Shown here piece by piece: positions 44,051 to 53,448 of a stretch of 64,000 nt of DNA. This DNA is from Candidatus Enterousia sp. (GTDB lineage Bacteria > Pseudomonadota > Alphaproteobacteria > Rs-D84), in NCBI GenBank assembly GCA_045592905.1, contig JAZNVR010000015.1, positions 799-64,798 of the forward strand. Direction: 5' to 3'. The stretch's first letter is position 1; every line of letters begins with the position of its first letter. The position numbers and the translations under genes were made by a program. The notes under the pieces are model-generated. The model saw only the letters and a list, made by a program, of their open reading frames with translations, had not been told where the DNA came from and did not search any database.

Positions 44051-44074
44051 ACCTAGATAACCAAAGGATTTTTT

Positions 44075-45838
44075 ATGCAATTCCCTGCATCTGTTTTCAA
44101 GTTTTATATAAAAAATTTTTGGCGTTATTGTGGTGCAATCGCATTGTTATATAGCCTGTTGGCGATAATTGACACTTTTGGGGTCAATTTGCTGCCGGCA
44201 TTTGCATTAAAAGCAACAGTAAACGCAATTGAATCAAATCCGCCAGATATGGTATTTCATGCTGTCCTAGATATTGCTATTATTTACTTTGTTTTGCGTG
44301 GATTACAGTGGTGTGCATCAATACTGCGGTGGTACGTTTTTGACAACAAGATAAAATACAAATCATATAATAAAATTTCATCAGACCTGTACAAGTATGT
44401 CTTTAACCAAAGCACAGAATATTATACCGCATCAATGCCTGGAAAAATATCCAGTCAAATCCATCAGATTTCAGAATCTTTTTATGAAACTGTTGAATTG
44501 ATATTTGGTACCGCAACGGCCGTTTTGGTTGTTTTTTTTATATCTGCATCCAGTCTGTTCACAATCGGTTGGCAATACTTATTGGTAATAACAGTTGCTG
44601 TTTCTTTCCGTATTTTATGGGGTGTATTTACTGTAAAAAACGCACTAAAAAAATCTGCCCAGGCTGCATCTTCACTGAACACATTACAAGGTAGATTATT
44701 AGATGCGTTATCTAATTTTTCTGTTGTAAAAATGTTTGCCCAAGCAAAATATGAACAAAACTTTGCTGCACCAATCAGAAAAAAATATCACAACGATGCA
44801 TGTAATGCACATTTTTGGTCTCGTTTTTTCTGGGCCCCGGGCAATCTGGTTATGGATACAATTTGTTTCACAATATTTATTGTATTGTCAGGATATATGT
44901 ACAGCACAGGACAATCAACTGTCGCAGAAATATCTTTTGCACTGGCGACATTTACTGCAATCAGTTCAATCGCATTTAATATGGTTATGACAATTAAAAA
45001 CTTTACACAAAAATGGGGAAATGCCACTGGTTCTTATGACGCTTTAATCAAACCAATTACAATTCAAGACGCAGAAAACGCAACAGATTTAATCATAAAA
45101 AAAGCGTCAATTAATATAAAAAATATATCGTTCAAATATAACAAACAGTTTATATTAAAAAATTTCAATTTGTTTATTAATCCAGGTGAAAAAATTGGTT
45201 TGGTCGGACTTAGTGGTGCAGGAAAAACAACGTTGGTAAATTTAATTATGCGTATGTATGACGTAACAAGCGGACAAATTATTATAGATAACCAAGATAT
45301 AAAAAATGTTACACAAGATTCTTTGCGTGAAAACATTTCCTTTATCCCCCAAGAACCAACAATGTTTAATCGTACATTACAGGAAAATATTGCGTATGGA
45401 AAACCAGATGCAACAAAACAAGATATTATATCTGCAGCAAAAAACGCATCTGCACATAAATTTATTTGCGAATCAAACAATGGATATAAAACATTAGTTG
45501 GTGATCGTGGAATAAAACTATCCGGTGGCCAAAGACAAAGAATCGCCATTGCACGTGCATTCTTGAAAAATAGTCCTATTCTAATTTTAGACGAGGCAAC
45601 CGCAGCATTGGATTCAGAAACAGAAGATGCAATTCAACAATCTTTCCAAAAACTGTCGCACAATCGCACAACAATTGTTATTGCACACAGACTGTCTACG
45701 TTAAAAAACATGGACAGAATTATCGTTCTGGATCATGGAAAAATCGTTGAAAGCGGTTCACATAACCAATTACTTCGTAATGGCAAGATATATTCTAAAT
45801 TATGGAAAATGCAATCTGGTGGATTTATACAAGAATAA
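44075..45838 (+). CDS. ABC exporter, fused permease/ATPase (MsbA-like half transporter)
   Basis: Six N-terminal TM segments, Walker A GLSGAGKTT, signature LSGGQRQRIAIARA and Walker B ILILDEAT. Confidence 0.88.
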   Translation: MQFPASVFKFYIKNFWRYCGAIALLYSLLAIIDTFGVNLLPAFALKATVNAIESNPPDMVFHAVLDIAIIYFVLRGLQWCASILRWYVFDNKIKYKSYNKISSDLYKYVFNQSTEYYTASMPGKISSQIHQISESFYETVELIFGTATAVLVVFFISASSLFTIGWQYLLVITVAVSFRILWGVFTVKNALKKSAQAASSLNTLQGRLLDALSNFSVVKMFAQAKYEQNFAAPIRKKYHNDACNAHFWSRFFWAPGNLVMDTICFTIFIVLSGYMYSTGQSTVAEISFALATFTAISSIAFNMVMTIKNFTQKWGNATGSYDALIKPITIQDAENATDLIIKKASINIKNISFKYNKQFILKNFNLFINPGEKIGLVGLSGAGKTTLVNLIMRMYDVTSGQIIIDNQDIKNVTQDSLRENISFIPQEPTMFNRTLQENIAYGKPDATKQDIISAAKNASAHKFICESNNGYKTLVGDRGIKLSGGQRQRIAIARAFLKNSPILILDEATAALDSETEDAIQQSFQKLSHNRTTIVIAHRLSTLKNMDRIIVLDHGKIVESGSHNQLLRNGKIYSKLWKMQSGGFIQE

Positions 45839-45866
45839 AAGAACGCCCAATCGGGCGTTCTTGTTT
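45836..45866. terminator. Bidirectional terminator between convergent genes
   Basis: GAACGCCC-AATC-GGGCGTTC has a perfect 8-bp stem. Confidence 0.75.
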
Positions 45867-45880
45867 AGAAGACGTATATA

Positions 45881-46888
45881 TTAGTTTTCAATATTATTAT
45901 TTAATTCAACAATCAATAATTCCAATCTGTCTGCTGTTTCTGTATCATTTAACGCAACAGCAATTGCATATGCAGATTCTAAATCACTGCGTGCAGATGT
46001 TGCATTACCAGATTGTAAATTTAATGCAGCAGATTTTTCAAAGTACGCCATCGCCTTGCTAGACAAAGATTCACGCACTTCCATTGTTGGGGCACCTTGA
46101 ACCTGTTCGGAAATTACACGAACCGCTGATGCATAATCATTGATTGCTTCTGCATATTTACCCAATGCAGTAAATGCTTCGGCACGATCTGCATAAACAA
46201 CAGGGTCAACTGTACCTTCTGGTCTGGCCAACGAATTGGTAAAGTCTGCAATTGCACCTTCCCAGTTTTTCAACCACAAATTTAATTGACCACGTTTTGC
46301 ATACAAATCACGCATCTGCAAAATTGCACTTGGGTTTGTAGTGTTTGCAGCCAATGCATTGTTAATATCATTCATTGCAGAATCATAATCTTCTAATCTG
46401 GAATTCAGCAAATAACGATCATAATATGCAACAGGATTTGCAGGATTACGTGCCAATGCAGCATTATAATCTTCCATTGCTGCAGCATAATTTCCAGCCT
46501 GCATATATGCTTCACCACGCAAGATGTATGTATCAACAGATGCAACACCTGTATCAATTGCAGCAGTTAAATCCGTAATTGCATCATCAATATTACCAGA
46601 TGCTAATTTTTGTTTGCCGCTATCATACCAATCACCTGATTGCAATAAAACTTCTTCGGTGATTTCAACATTCGCAGTTGTTGGTTGAATATTATGACTG
46701 CGTCCCAGAATATAAAAAGTCGCAGCAATAAAAAATAAAATTATAAACCAGTATACGTATATAGATAATGACCATGGATTAAAACATGGTTTTGTTTTGT
46801 TATCTTTGATACTTGGCTTAGATGTTACAGGACGTACAACAGCCTGTGTTTTCTTGATGTTTGATTTTTTTGACAGATGTTTTTTCAT
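45881..46888 (-). CDS. Membrane-anchored TPR-repeat protein
   Basis: Basic N-terminus, TM segment WFIILFFIAATFYIL, then repeated TPR-like units (A..DY..A....P.N..AY..R). Confidence 0.7.
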   Translation of the reverse strand: MKKHLSKKSNIKKTQAVVRPVTSKPSIKDNKTKPCFNPWSLSIYVYWFIILFFIAATFYILGRSHNIQPTTANVEITEEVLLQSGDWYDSGKQKLASGNIDDAITDLTAAIDTGVASVDTYILRGEAYMQAGNYAAAMEDYNAALARNPANPVAYYDRYLLNSRLEDYDSAMNDINNALAANTTNPSAILQMRDLYAKRGQLNLWLKNWEGAIADFTNSLARPEGTVDPVVYADRAEAFTALGKYAEAINDYASAVRVISEQVQGAPTMEVRESLSSKAMAYFEKSAALNLQSGNATSARSDLESAYAIAVALNDTETADRLELLIVELNNNIEN

Positions 46889-46917
46889 ATCACGTCTCCC
46901 TTCCTTTTAATATGATA

Positions 46918-47616
46918 TTAAAGAGATTTTAACATTTCGTCAATTGTTTTCTGTGAAACAGGTAAAATTTTTCCAACAGGTAACTTTTTCAATTTTATAT
47001 TACCAAATGAAACACGATGTAATTTATGAACAGGACAGCCACATGCCGCCAAAACTATTCTGACTTCATTCTTTTTTCCTTCGCAAATTGAAACACGTAA
47101 ATTACGCCCACCAATACAATCTATCTTCATCGGAGAATATTTTATACCGTCAACTGTCATACCATTTCGTGCCATATCCAGACCAGAAAAATCATTACAT
47201 GATACAGTTGCAATATATGTACGTGGTATTTTTGATGATGGTAACGTTAATTTACGAGCCAATTCACCATCATTTGTCAGCAATAATAACCCTGTTGTCT
47301 TGAAATCCAGACGACCAATATATTTCAAGTTTTTGTATTCCATGGGTAAGCAATCATATATTGTTTTACGTCCCTGCGGATCAGATGTTGTTGTCATCGT
47401 ATTTATGGGTTTATGAAACATATATAATTGTAAACCTGGCTTTTGTTTTATAGGTTGCCCATTAACTTCAATAACATCTGATTCTTCTACGAAAAATACA
47501 GGCGTATCAATAACGTTTCCATTAACACGAACCAATCCTAATGAAATTAATTCTTCGGCACCACGACGTGATGCGACCCCAGAATCAGCAATTGCTTTGG
47601 CAATCCTAGTCCCCAT
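46918..47616 (-). CDS. RsuA/RluB-family rRNA pseudouridine synthase with S4 domain
   Basis: The S4 motif is IADSGVASRRGAEELI..G.V.VNG. The catalytic motif is GRLDFKTTGLLLLTNDGELARKL. Confidence 0.85.
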   Translation of the reverse strand: MGTRIAKAIADSGVASRRGAEELISLGLVRVNGNVIDTPVFFVEESDVIEVNGQPIKQKPGLQLYMFHKPINTMTTTSDPQGRKTIYDCLPMEYKNLKYIGRLDFKTTGLLLLTNDGELARKLTLPSSKIPRTYIATVSCNDFSGLDMARNGMTVDGIKYSPMKIDCIGGRNLRVSICEGKKNEVRIVLAACGCPVHKLHRVSFGNIKLKKLPVGKILPVSQKTIDEMLKSL

Positions 47617-48271
47617 TATTTAACACCTTTGTTATTGCAACAGGTGCCGCCAATTCTGCACGTAATATCGTTTTCCCCAACGATATTCCAATCGCACCAG
47701 ATGCATCCAGTTTTGCAAACTCCGATTCGGAAAAGCCACCTTCGGGCCCAATTAAAATTGTTGTTACATCCTTAATATCAGATTGAATAATACGCCCATA
47801 TGCTGCACGTTCATCTGCAAATACAATTCCAGATAAATTCAAATCTGAAAATTTTACAGGATTTTTTATCACAGGAACAGTATTACGATTTGATTGCTCG
47901 GAAGCCTCTATCACTATTTTTTGCATACGCTCCCAATTTATATGGTTTGCGTTTGTTCGTTCTGTAATTACAGGCTGGAAACACGCAACGCCCATTTGGG
48001 TTGCCATATTTAACAAATCATCCGTTCTTTTTATCGGTGAAAACATCAAAGTAATATTATTTGATGGATCGGAATGGTTGGTCTGGCTTTCAACAACCAA
48101 TGTTTTTCCATCTACAGACAACCGGGCGTTATATTCATTTCCATTACCAAATACCAAACACGCATCTGTTCGCATAACACGTGTTAAATAATGTATAATA
48201 TCACGAGAAACAGAAATATTGTCCCCAACAGATATATTTTCACCTATAAAAATTCGTGGAATATTTTTCAT
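47606..48271 (-). CDS. rsmE: 16S rRNA (uracil1498-N3)-methyltransferase RsmE
   Basis: N-terminus PRIFIGENI...HYLTRVMR and C-terminal IGPEGGFSESE...ISLGKTILRAE. Confidence 0.85.
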   Translation of the reverse strand: MKNIPRIFIGENISVGDNISVSRDIIHYLTRVMRTDACLVFGNGNEYNARLSVDGKTLVVESQTNHSDPSNNITLMFSPIKRTDDLLNMATQMGVACFQPVITERTNANHINWERMQKIVIEASEQSNRNTVPVIKNPVKFSDLNLSGIVFADERAAYGRIIQSDIKDVTTILIGPEGGFSESEFAKLDASGAIGISLGKTILRAELAAPVAITKVLNNGD

Positions 48272-48308
48272 ATTTTTGTAATTCCTGATTTATAAATTAT
48301 CTTTTTTC

Positions 48309-48317
48309 TGATATAAT
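48309..48317 (+). promoter_or_regulatory. Extended -10 box TGATATAAT for virD4
   Basis: Exact 9-mer, 9 nt upstream of ATG 48327 with no SD, suggesting a leaderless transcript. Confidence 0.5.
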
Positions 48318-48326
48318 ATTAACACC

Positions 48327-50567
48327 ATGGCAACTAAATTCAACTTTTTATCAGCATCTGGCAAAGGAAAAGGTATCAATATTTTCCGTTCCAGCGCATA
48401 TAAAGAACACGAACAAACGCCATTGGCACGTGAGTTTTGGTCCATACGTTGGACAATTTATGTATGGTTAATTGCGGCACTTATGGTTGCACTGTCTTTT
48501 CCAGCAGAACATATTTGGCGTTATGGATGGTCGCCCGCAACAAAACAATGGATTGAAATATATCTTTATCAAATGTTTTCTTCGTGCGGATTGTCTGTAC
48601 TGGCAGAAATAATCAATTGGATTGGACGCTGTGTCGCACGACCTGATATTTCATGCATTGCACCATTATTACCTGTTATCGGATATTATTTCTTGGCAGA
48701 CGCAACGATGACAGATGAATTTAACCCACACAGCAAGGATAAATTTGACGAAAAATCTTCACGCAAGGCAAATGCAGATGATATAAAAAAAATGGGTACC
48801 GACCACAAGAACAAAGAAGGCTTGTTCAAAGGTTTTATGATGGTTCTGGGGTACTTCAAGAACAAACCATTAAAGATGGATGAAACATTGTCTGCGTTAT
48901 TGTTGGCACCTGCTGGTACTGGTAAAACACAGGGTGTTGTTATCCCGACAATTTTGGGGTGTGATGATGTTTCAATGATTATTAATGACCCAAAGCCTGA
49001 ATTAGACCGAGATACATCTGCGTATCGTGCAACTGTGGGACCTGTATTTATCATGAATTGGGCTGCACGTGACGAACCAGAAAAAGGTATTTATTATCCT
49101 GCATGGAATCCATTATCGCCAGAAAACCTGCCGGATAATGCCGAAGAACGCAGCACATATATTCAGGTTATTGTTAATTCAATAATTGAAGAAAATGCCA
49201 AAGATCCACATTGGTCAAATACAGCACGTGCTGCATTAACGGGGTTTATAAACTTTATTGTGTCCAAGGTTGAACGTGCTAAGGCAAACGACTATTTCTA
49301 TCACAGATTAAAAACCGGTACTTTTGATTCCCAAGACGCAACTGTATTGATGGATTATTATATGACAATGACATCTGACCCAAATGCATATGCAGCAATG
49401 TCATTATTACAACGTGGACAATTGAATATAAACAACTATGTACATGTGGGTACATGGGGCGGTCTGCCAAATGAATGGCATGGGGCCGAAGCATCAATTC
49501 CAATGTTCTTGGCATGGTACGTAGAAGGTCAGATAAAGGTCGCAAACGAAACAGAGGAACGCAAACGTCAAGGCGACCAAATGGTTATGATGGCAGACCC
49601 AATGAAAGACTTTTTGACCGAGGCTGTGAACGAAGCACGCTTGTATTCATATGACAGTGATGCTGTATCTGCATTGATAAACCTGGCAAACACCCCGGAC
49701 AAGGAACGTGGTTCTGTCATTTCAACAATGAATGCGGGATTAAATATATTCCGTCATCCAGCAGTAAATAAACACACACGTCATTCTGATATTCATTTTG
49801 GCGATGTTCGTGGTATGGTTGACCCAACAGATGGCAAGATGAAACCGATTACAATATATCTGTCAATGAATGTTGCAGATGCCCCAGCATTCAGCCCGAT
49901 TACCAGTATGTTTATTGAACTGTTGTCAAAATTCTTGATTGCAAACCCGCCAGAAAAAAATAATCATGGTCAAAAATTGGGCCCATACCCTGCCCTGTTT
50001 GTATTGGATGAAATGCCAACAATGAATAAGTTGGAAGCAATTATCCAAGGGCCTGCGGTTGGTCGTGGTCAAAAAGTATCTTACCTTATCGTTGGTCAGG
50101 ATATCAGCCAGATTGCAGAAAAATACGGTGACAAGGCTGCGGATACAATCATTGCAAATACTGCGGCCAAGGTTATATTACGTGTTAACGACCCTGCAAC
50201 GGCAGAAAGATTTACACGCATGATTGGCAAGAAAAAGACCAAGAAGAAAGAAAAAGGTCCAGACGGCAAAGAGGTTGAGGTAGATAAAGAAGAAGATTTG
50301 TTCAGTCCAATGGATTTAATGACATTGCCAAAAGGAAAACAGCTTGTTTTGATGCAGGGATATTATAATCGCCCAATTGAGGCTGATGGTGAATGGCATT
50401 TCTGGCGTAAAAACGCTGTACAGATTGCAATGAATGATAAAGTAAAAATGGGACGTGCATCACCAATTCCAGAATATTTAATACCAAAGCATCATCGTGC
50501 ATTACGATACAGTGGCGTTCCAAAGGTGTATGATAAAAAAACAGATAAAATTAAAAATCTGGCATAA
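48327..50567 (+). CDS. virD4: Type IV secretion coupling protein (VirD4/TraG family)
   Basis: N-terminal TM segments, Walker A LLLAPAGTGKTQGVVIPT, INDPKPEL, Walker B FVLDEMPTMNKL, and IVGQDISQI. Confidence 0.85.
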   Translation: MATKFNFLSASGKGKGINIFRSSAYKEHEQTPLAREFWSIRWTIYVWLIAALMVALSFPAEHIWRYGWSPATKQWIEIYLYQMFSSCGLSVLAEIINWIGRCVARPDISCIAPLLPVIGYYFLADATMTDEFNPHSKDKFDEKSSRKANADDIKKMGTDHKNKEGLFKGFMMVLGYFKNKPLKMDETLSALLLAPAGTGKTQGVVIPTILGCDDVSMIINDPKPELDRDTSAYRATVGPVFIMNWAARDEPEKGIYYPAWNPLSPENLPDNAEERSTYIQVIVNSIIEENAKDPHWSNTARAALTGFINFIVSKVERAKANDYFYHRLKTGTFDSQDATVLMDYYMTMTSDPNAYAAMSLLQRGQLNINNYVHVGTWGGLPNEWHGAEASIPMFLAWYVEGQIKVANETEERKRQGDQMVMMADPMKDFLTEAVNEARLYSYDSDAVSALINLANTPDKERGSVISTMNAGLNIFRHPAVNKHTRHSDIHFGDVRGMVDPTDGKMKPITIYLSMNVADAPAFSPITSMFIELLSKFLIANPPEKNNHGQKLGPYPALFVLDEMPTMNKLEAIIQGPAVGRGQKVSYLIVGQDISQIAEKYGDKAADTIIANTAAKVILRVNDPATAERFTRMIGKKKTKKKEKGPDGKEVEVDKEEDLFSPMDLMTLPKGKQLVLMQGYYNRPIEADGEWHFWRKNAVQIAMNDKVKMGRASPIPEYLIPKHHRALRYSGVPKVYDKKTDKIKNLA

Positions 50568-50596
50568 AAAATCCCCATTGTGGGGATTTTTTTATT
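50565..50596. terminator. Bidirectional terminator between virD4 (+) and infC (-)
   Basis: AATCCCCA-TTG-TGGGGATT is flanked by an A-run and a T-run. Confidence 0.8.
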
Positions 50597-51140
50597 TCGC
50601 AGGTGAAATAATAATTGATTTTGTTCTTTCGTCTGGTTTGGACTTAGATTCCATATTACCCTTATCACCAACAATTTCCATAACACGTGCAAACAATTCT
50701 GGAACAGCATCTTTGCCACGTGCCAATACCTTTTTGGATCCCTTGGTCATAACAGATATTTTCACCTTGTTGCCTTCGCCCAAGAATTCAAAGACCTTTT
50801 TCAATTTAATATTCAAATCATTATCTTCAATAAAAGGCTTTATCCAAACTTCTTTCAATTCTGTTGTTTTTTGATTCTTTTTAGCCTCAGACGCACGTTT
50901 TTTCTGTTCATATTTGAACTTGCCATAATCCATTATTTTCACAATTGGAACAGGAATATTGCCGTTCATTTCAACCAAATCCAAACCATCATCAGACGCA
51001 ATCTGTAACGCCTGGGAAATTGGCATCGTTCCTAAATTCTGACCATCAGAACTGATTACTTGAACGGTTTTTGCCGTTATACGATTATTCATACGTGGTC
51101 CCATATCACGACGGTTATCACGATTAAATGCAGGTTTAAT
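50592..51140 (-). CDS. infC: Translation initiation factor IF-3 (ATT start codon)
   Basis: RITAKTVQVISSDGQNLGTMPISQALQIASDDGLDLVEM...VKIMDYGKFKYEQKK is the typical IF-3 sequence. The in-frame ATT at 51140-51138 lies 6 nt after SD AAGGAG (51152-51147). The track ATG at 51104 would truncate the N-terminus. Confidence 0.9.
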   Translation of the reverse strand: MKPAFNRDNRRDMGPRMNNRITAKTVQVISSDGQNLGTMPISQALQIASDDGLDLVEMNGNIPVPIVKIMDYGKFKYEQKKRASEAKKNQKTTELKEVWIKPFIEDNDLNIKLKKVFEFLGEGNKVKISVMTKGSKKVLARGKDAVPELFARVMEIVGDKGNMESKSKPDERTKSIIISPAK

Positions 51141-51179
51141 GTTACGCTCCTTTGTTTAACATGTTGGAATTATTAACAA

Positions 51180-51932
51180 TTATTCTGCATTTTTCAAGAT
51201 ATTTTGAACATTTTGTAATGCAGTCCAAACATCACGCTTAGCAATTGGTTTTAACAGTAAATAGTTTGGGTGAAATATTGGAACAAAAACACGCCCATCA
51301 TCCATATTAATTTGTACACCATGTGATTTAACCAAATTAATTTTACCATATTCTGTTGCAGGCAATGTCCCCAACGATAAAATCACATGCGGATTTATTA
51401 AATCTATGGCTTTATCCACAAAAGGACGGGCCAGTTCCAGTTCTTCACGCAGTGGTGTTCGTCCCCCAGGTGTTCGCCAAAACAATAATGGAACAATAGA
51501 TACTTGTTCACGTGACAGACCAATTGCAGATAACATCTTATCCATTAATTCACCAGAAGAACCAGATAAAATATTACCAGACATATCATCATCAGCACCC
51601 GGAACATCTGTTAATATTAGTAATTTACCACTGCCAACATGGGGCAATACGGTATTTGTTGCCGTATTACGTAATGGATGATTAAATTCATTTATCATAC
51701 GTTTTAACGAATCCATATCCGTTGGGCGTGCCGCCATTGAACGAACGGTATCAACAGAAATCATCTGAACAGGTGCAATCGCAGGTACAACACATGCGGC
51801 ACTATCAACAGATGGCAAAACACTTGCTTTGTCTGTTTTTTCTGTACTTACTTTCGTAACAACTGTGGGAATTTCTGACAGTTCCCATCTAACCCCAGCA
51901 AGCCACAAATCACGCAATTCGCTGTTAGACAT
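51180..51932 (-). CDS. Uracil-DNA glycosylase family 4-like protein with N-terminal extension
   Basis: LLILTDVPGADDD...G.ILSGSSGELMDKMLSAIGL and FHPNYLL are present. ATG 51932 with SD AAGGA is preferred over the track's TTG 51956. Confidence 0.78.
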   Translation of the reverse strand: MSNSELRDLWLAGVRWELSEIPTVVTKVSTEKTDKASVLPSVDSAACVVPAIAPVQMISVDTVRSMAARPTDMDSLKRMINEFNHPLRNTATNTVLPHVGSGKLLILTDVPGADDDMSGNILSGSSGELMDKMLSAIGLSREQVSIVPLLFWRTPGGRTPLREELELARPFVDKAIDLINPHVILSLGTLPATEYGKINLVKSHGVQINMDDGRVFVPIFHPNYLLLKPIAKRDVWTALQNVQNILKNAE

Positions 51933-52009
51933 CTCTATTTTTCCTTGATTTAACAATTTATTTATTATAGACTATAACATGAGCAACAGAAACTCAAGGG
52001 AGTATTTTC

Positions 52010-52423
52010 ATGAAAATTAAAAATTTTGCTTTGTTGGCTGGCGTTGCAGGCCTGTTGGCTGCATGCGGTGGTTCTATTGTTGAACCGGCTGACTTGAACG
52101 ATCAACGTGTTTTCTTTGATTTCAATTCTGCAGAAATTTCTAAAGAAGCAAAGAACAACTTGTTGGGTCAGGCTTTGTATATGAAAAACCACGAAGATGT
52201 TAAAATCCAAATCGCTGGTAATTGCGACGAACGTGGCTCAACAGAATATAACTTGGCATTGGGTGCACGTCGTGCAAACGCTGCAAAAGAAGTTATCGTA
52301 AATGACGGCATTGATTCTAAACGTATCTCTACTATTTCTTATGGTAAAGAACGCCCATTGGTAAAAGGTACAGGCGAAGAAGTTTGGAAAATGAACCGTA
52401 ACGCAACAACAACTGTTAAATAA
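52010..52423 (+). CDS. pal: Peptidoglycan-associated lipoprotein
   Basis: Lipobox LLAACGG. The OmpA domain reads VFFDFNSAEI...IAGNCDERGSTEYNLALGARRANAAKE...ISYGKERP. SD is AAGGGAG. Confidence 0.88.
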   Translation: MKIKNFALLAGVAGLLAACGGSIVEPADLNDQRVFFDFNSAEISKEAKNNLLGQALYMKNHEDVKIQIAGNCDERGSTEYNLALGARRANAAKEVIVNDGIDSKRISTISYGKERPLVKGTGEEVWKMNRNATTTVK

Positions 52424-52445
52424 TAACGTGTGTGTTGAAAAAGAT

Positions 52446-52477
52446 AAAAAACACCGGCTTTTACCGGTGTTTTTTTA
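52446..52477 (+). terminator. Rho-independent terminator after pal
   Basis: ACACCGG-CTTTTA-CCGGTGT is followed by TTTTTTT. Confidence 0.8.
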
Positions 52478-52526
52478 ATAATTTTTACTGCCTTAAAACA
52501 CAAACAACAATCAGCATATACGTATT

Positions 52527-52555
52527 AAAAAATGCCGGTGTTTGCCGGCTTTTTT
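52527..52555 (-). terminator. Rho-independent terminator after parB
   Basis: On the minus strand, GCCGG-CAAACA-CCGGC is followed by ATTTTTT. Confidence 0.7.
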
Positions 52556-52563
52556 CAACATTT

Positions 52564-53448
52564 TTATTTTGTTATTTTTTCAACCAACTCAAATAATTGT
52601 GGACGTGTGTTAAACATCAATGTTATTTGTCCAGAACCGCCCCGTCTTTCAGTCAATTTAACTTGCACCCCCAGGGTCTTTGCTATTTTCTTTTCAATAT
52701 CACGAACCGTTGCAGAATCAATCGTTTTTAATGTATGTTTTTTTGCACTGGCTGCACGTGGTGCTTTCTTTACCAATTTGTCCGTATCTGCAACGGACAT
52801 ACCAGACGCAATTATTTTGTGTGCTAATTCTTCTGGATTTGCTGCAACAGCAATTGTACGTGCATGCGATGCAGACAGATTGCCCTGCTCTACTAAATTT
52901 TTTACAGAATCTGGCAATGATGTTAAACGCAACATATTACGAATATAACTTTCTGATTTGCCAATAAGACGCGAAACATCCGGCAATTCATAATCACAAC
53001 ATTCCATCAAATTTTTATACGCATTTGCCTCTTCTATCGGGTTCAAGTTTTCACGCTGAACATTTTCTATCAATGCAATTTCCATTGCATTTGTATTATC
53101 AATGGATTTTACTAATGCTGGAATTTCAGACAATCCTGCCATTTTTGATGCACGATATCTGCGTTCACCGGCAACAATTTCATACATATATGGACGTCCA
53201 GACACAGTACGTAGTAAAATCGGTTGCAAAACCCCCTTCTCTTTTATAGATACAGACAAATCTGCCAATTCAGAATCATCAAACGTTTTGCGTGGCTGAT
53301 CCGGGTTTGCACCAATTTGCGACAGCGGAATTTGTTTTACAACAATACGTTCCGATGGGGTTAATAACGATATATCTGGTATTGCACCACGTGCCGCTTG
53401 TAAATCAGCCAAACCACGTCCCAATCCAAATTTATTTGCCATATTCAT
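52564..53448 (-). CDS. parB: Chromosome partitioning protein ParB
   Basis: GLGRGLADL, NPDQPRKTFD, the ParB box VAGERRYRAS, and the HTH region. Confidence 0.92.
   Translation of the reverse strand: MNMANKFGLGRGLADLQAARGAIPDISLLTPSERIVVKQIPLSQIGANPDQPRKTFDDSELADLSVSIKEKGVLQPILLRTVSGRPYMYEIVAGERRYRASKMAGLSEIPALVKSIDNTNAMEIALIENVQRENLNPIEEANAYKNLMECCDYELPDVSRLIGKSESYIRNMLRLTSLPDSVKNLVEQGNLSASHARTIAVAANPEELAHKIIASGMSVADTDKLVKKAPRAASAKKHTLKTIDSATVRDIEKKIAKTLGVQVKLTERRGGSGQITLMFNTRPQLFELVEKITK

Noticed and set aside
43877-44074. Possible ncRNA or RNase III-type regulatory hairpin in the pnp 5' leader
   Set aside because: Only weak 4-bp stems were visible by eye. The space is accounted for by divergent promoters, including the TGATATAAT box for the ABC gene.
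52532-52967. Plus-strand ORFs (52532..52948 and 52680..52967) opposite parB
   Set aside because: These are shadows of parB. The first starts inside the terminator hairpin region.
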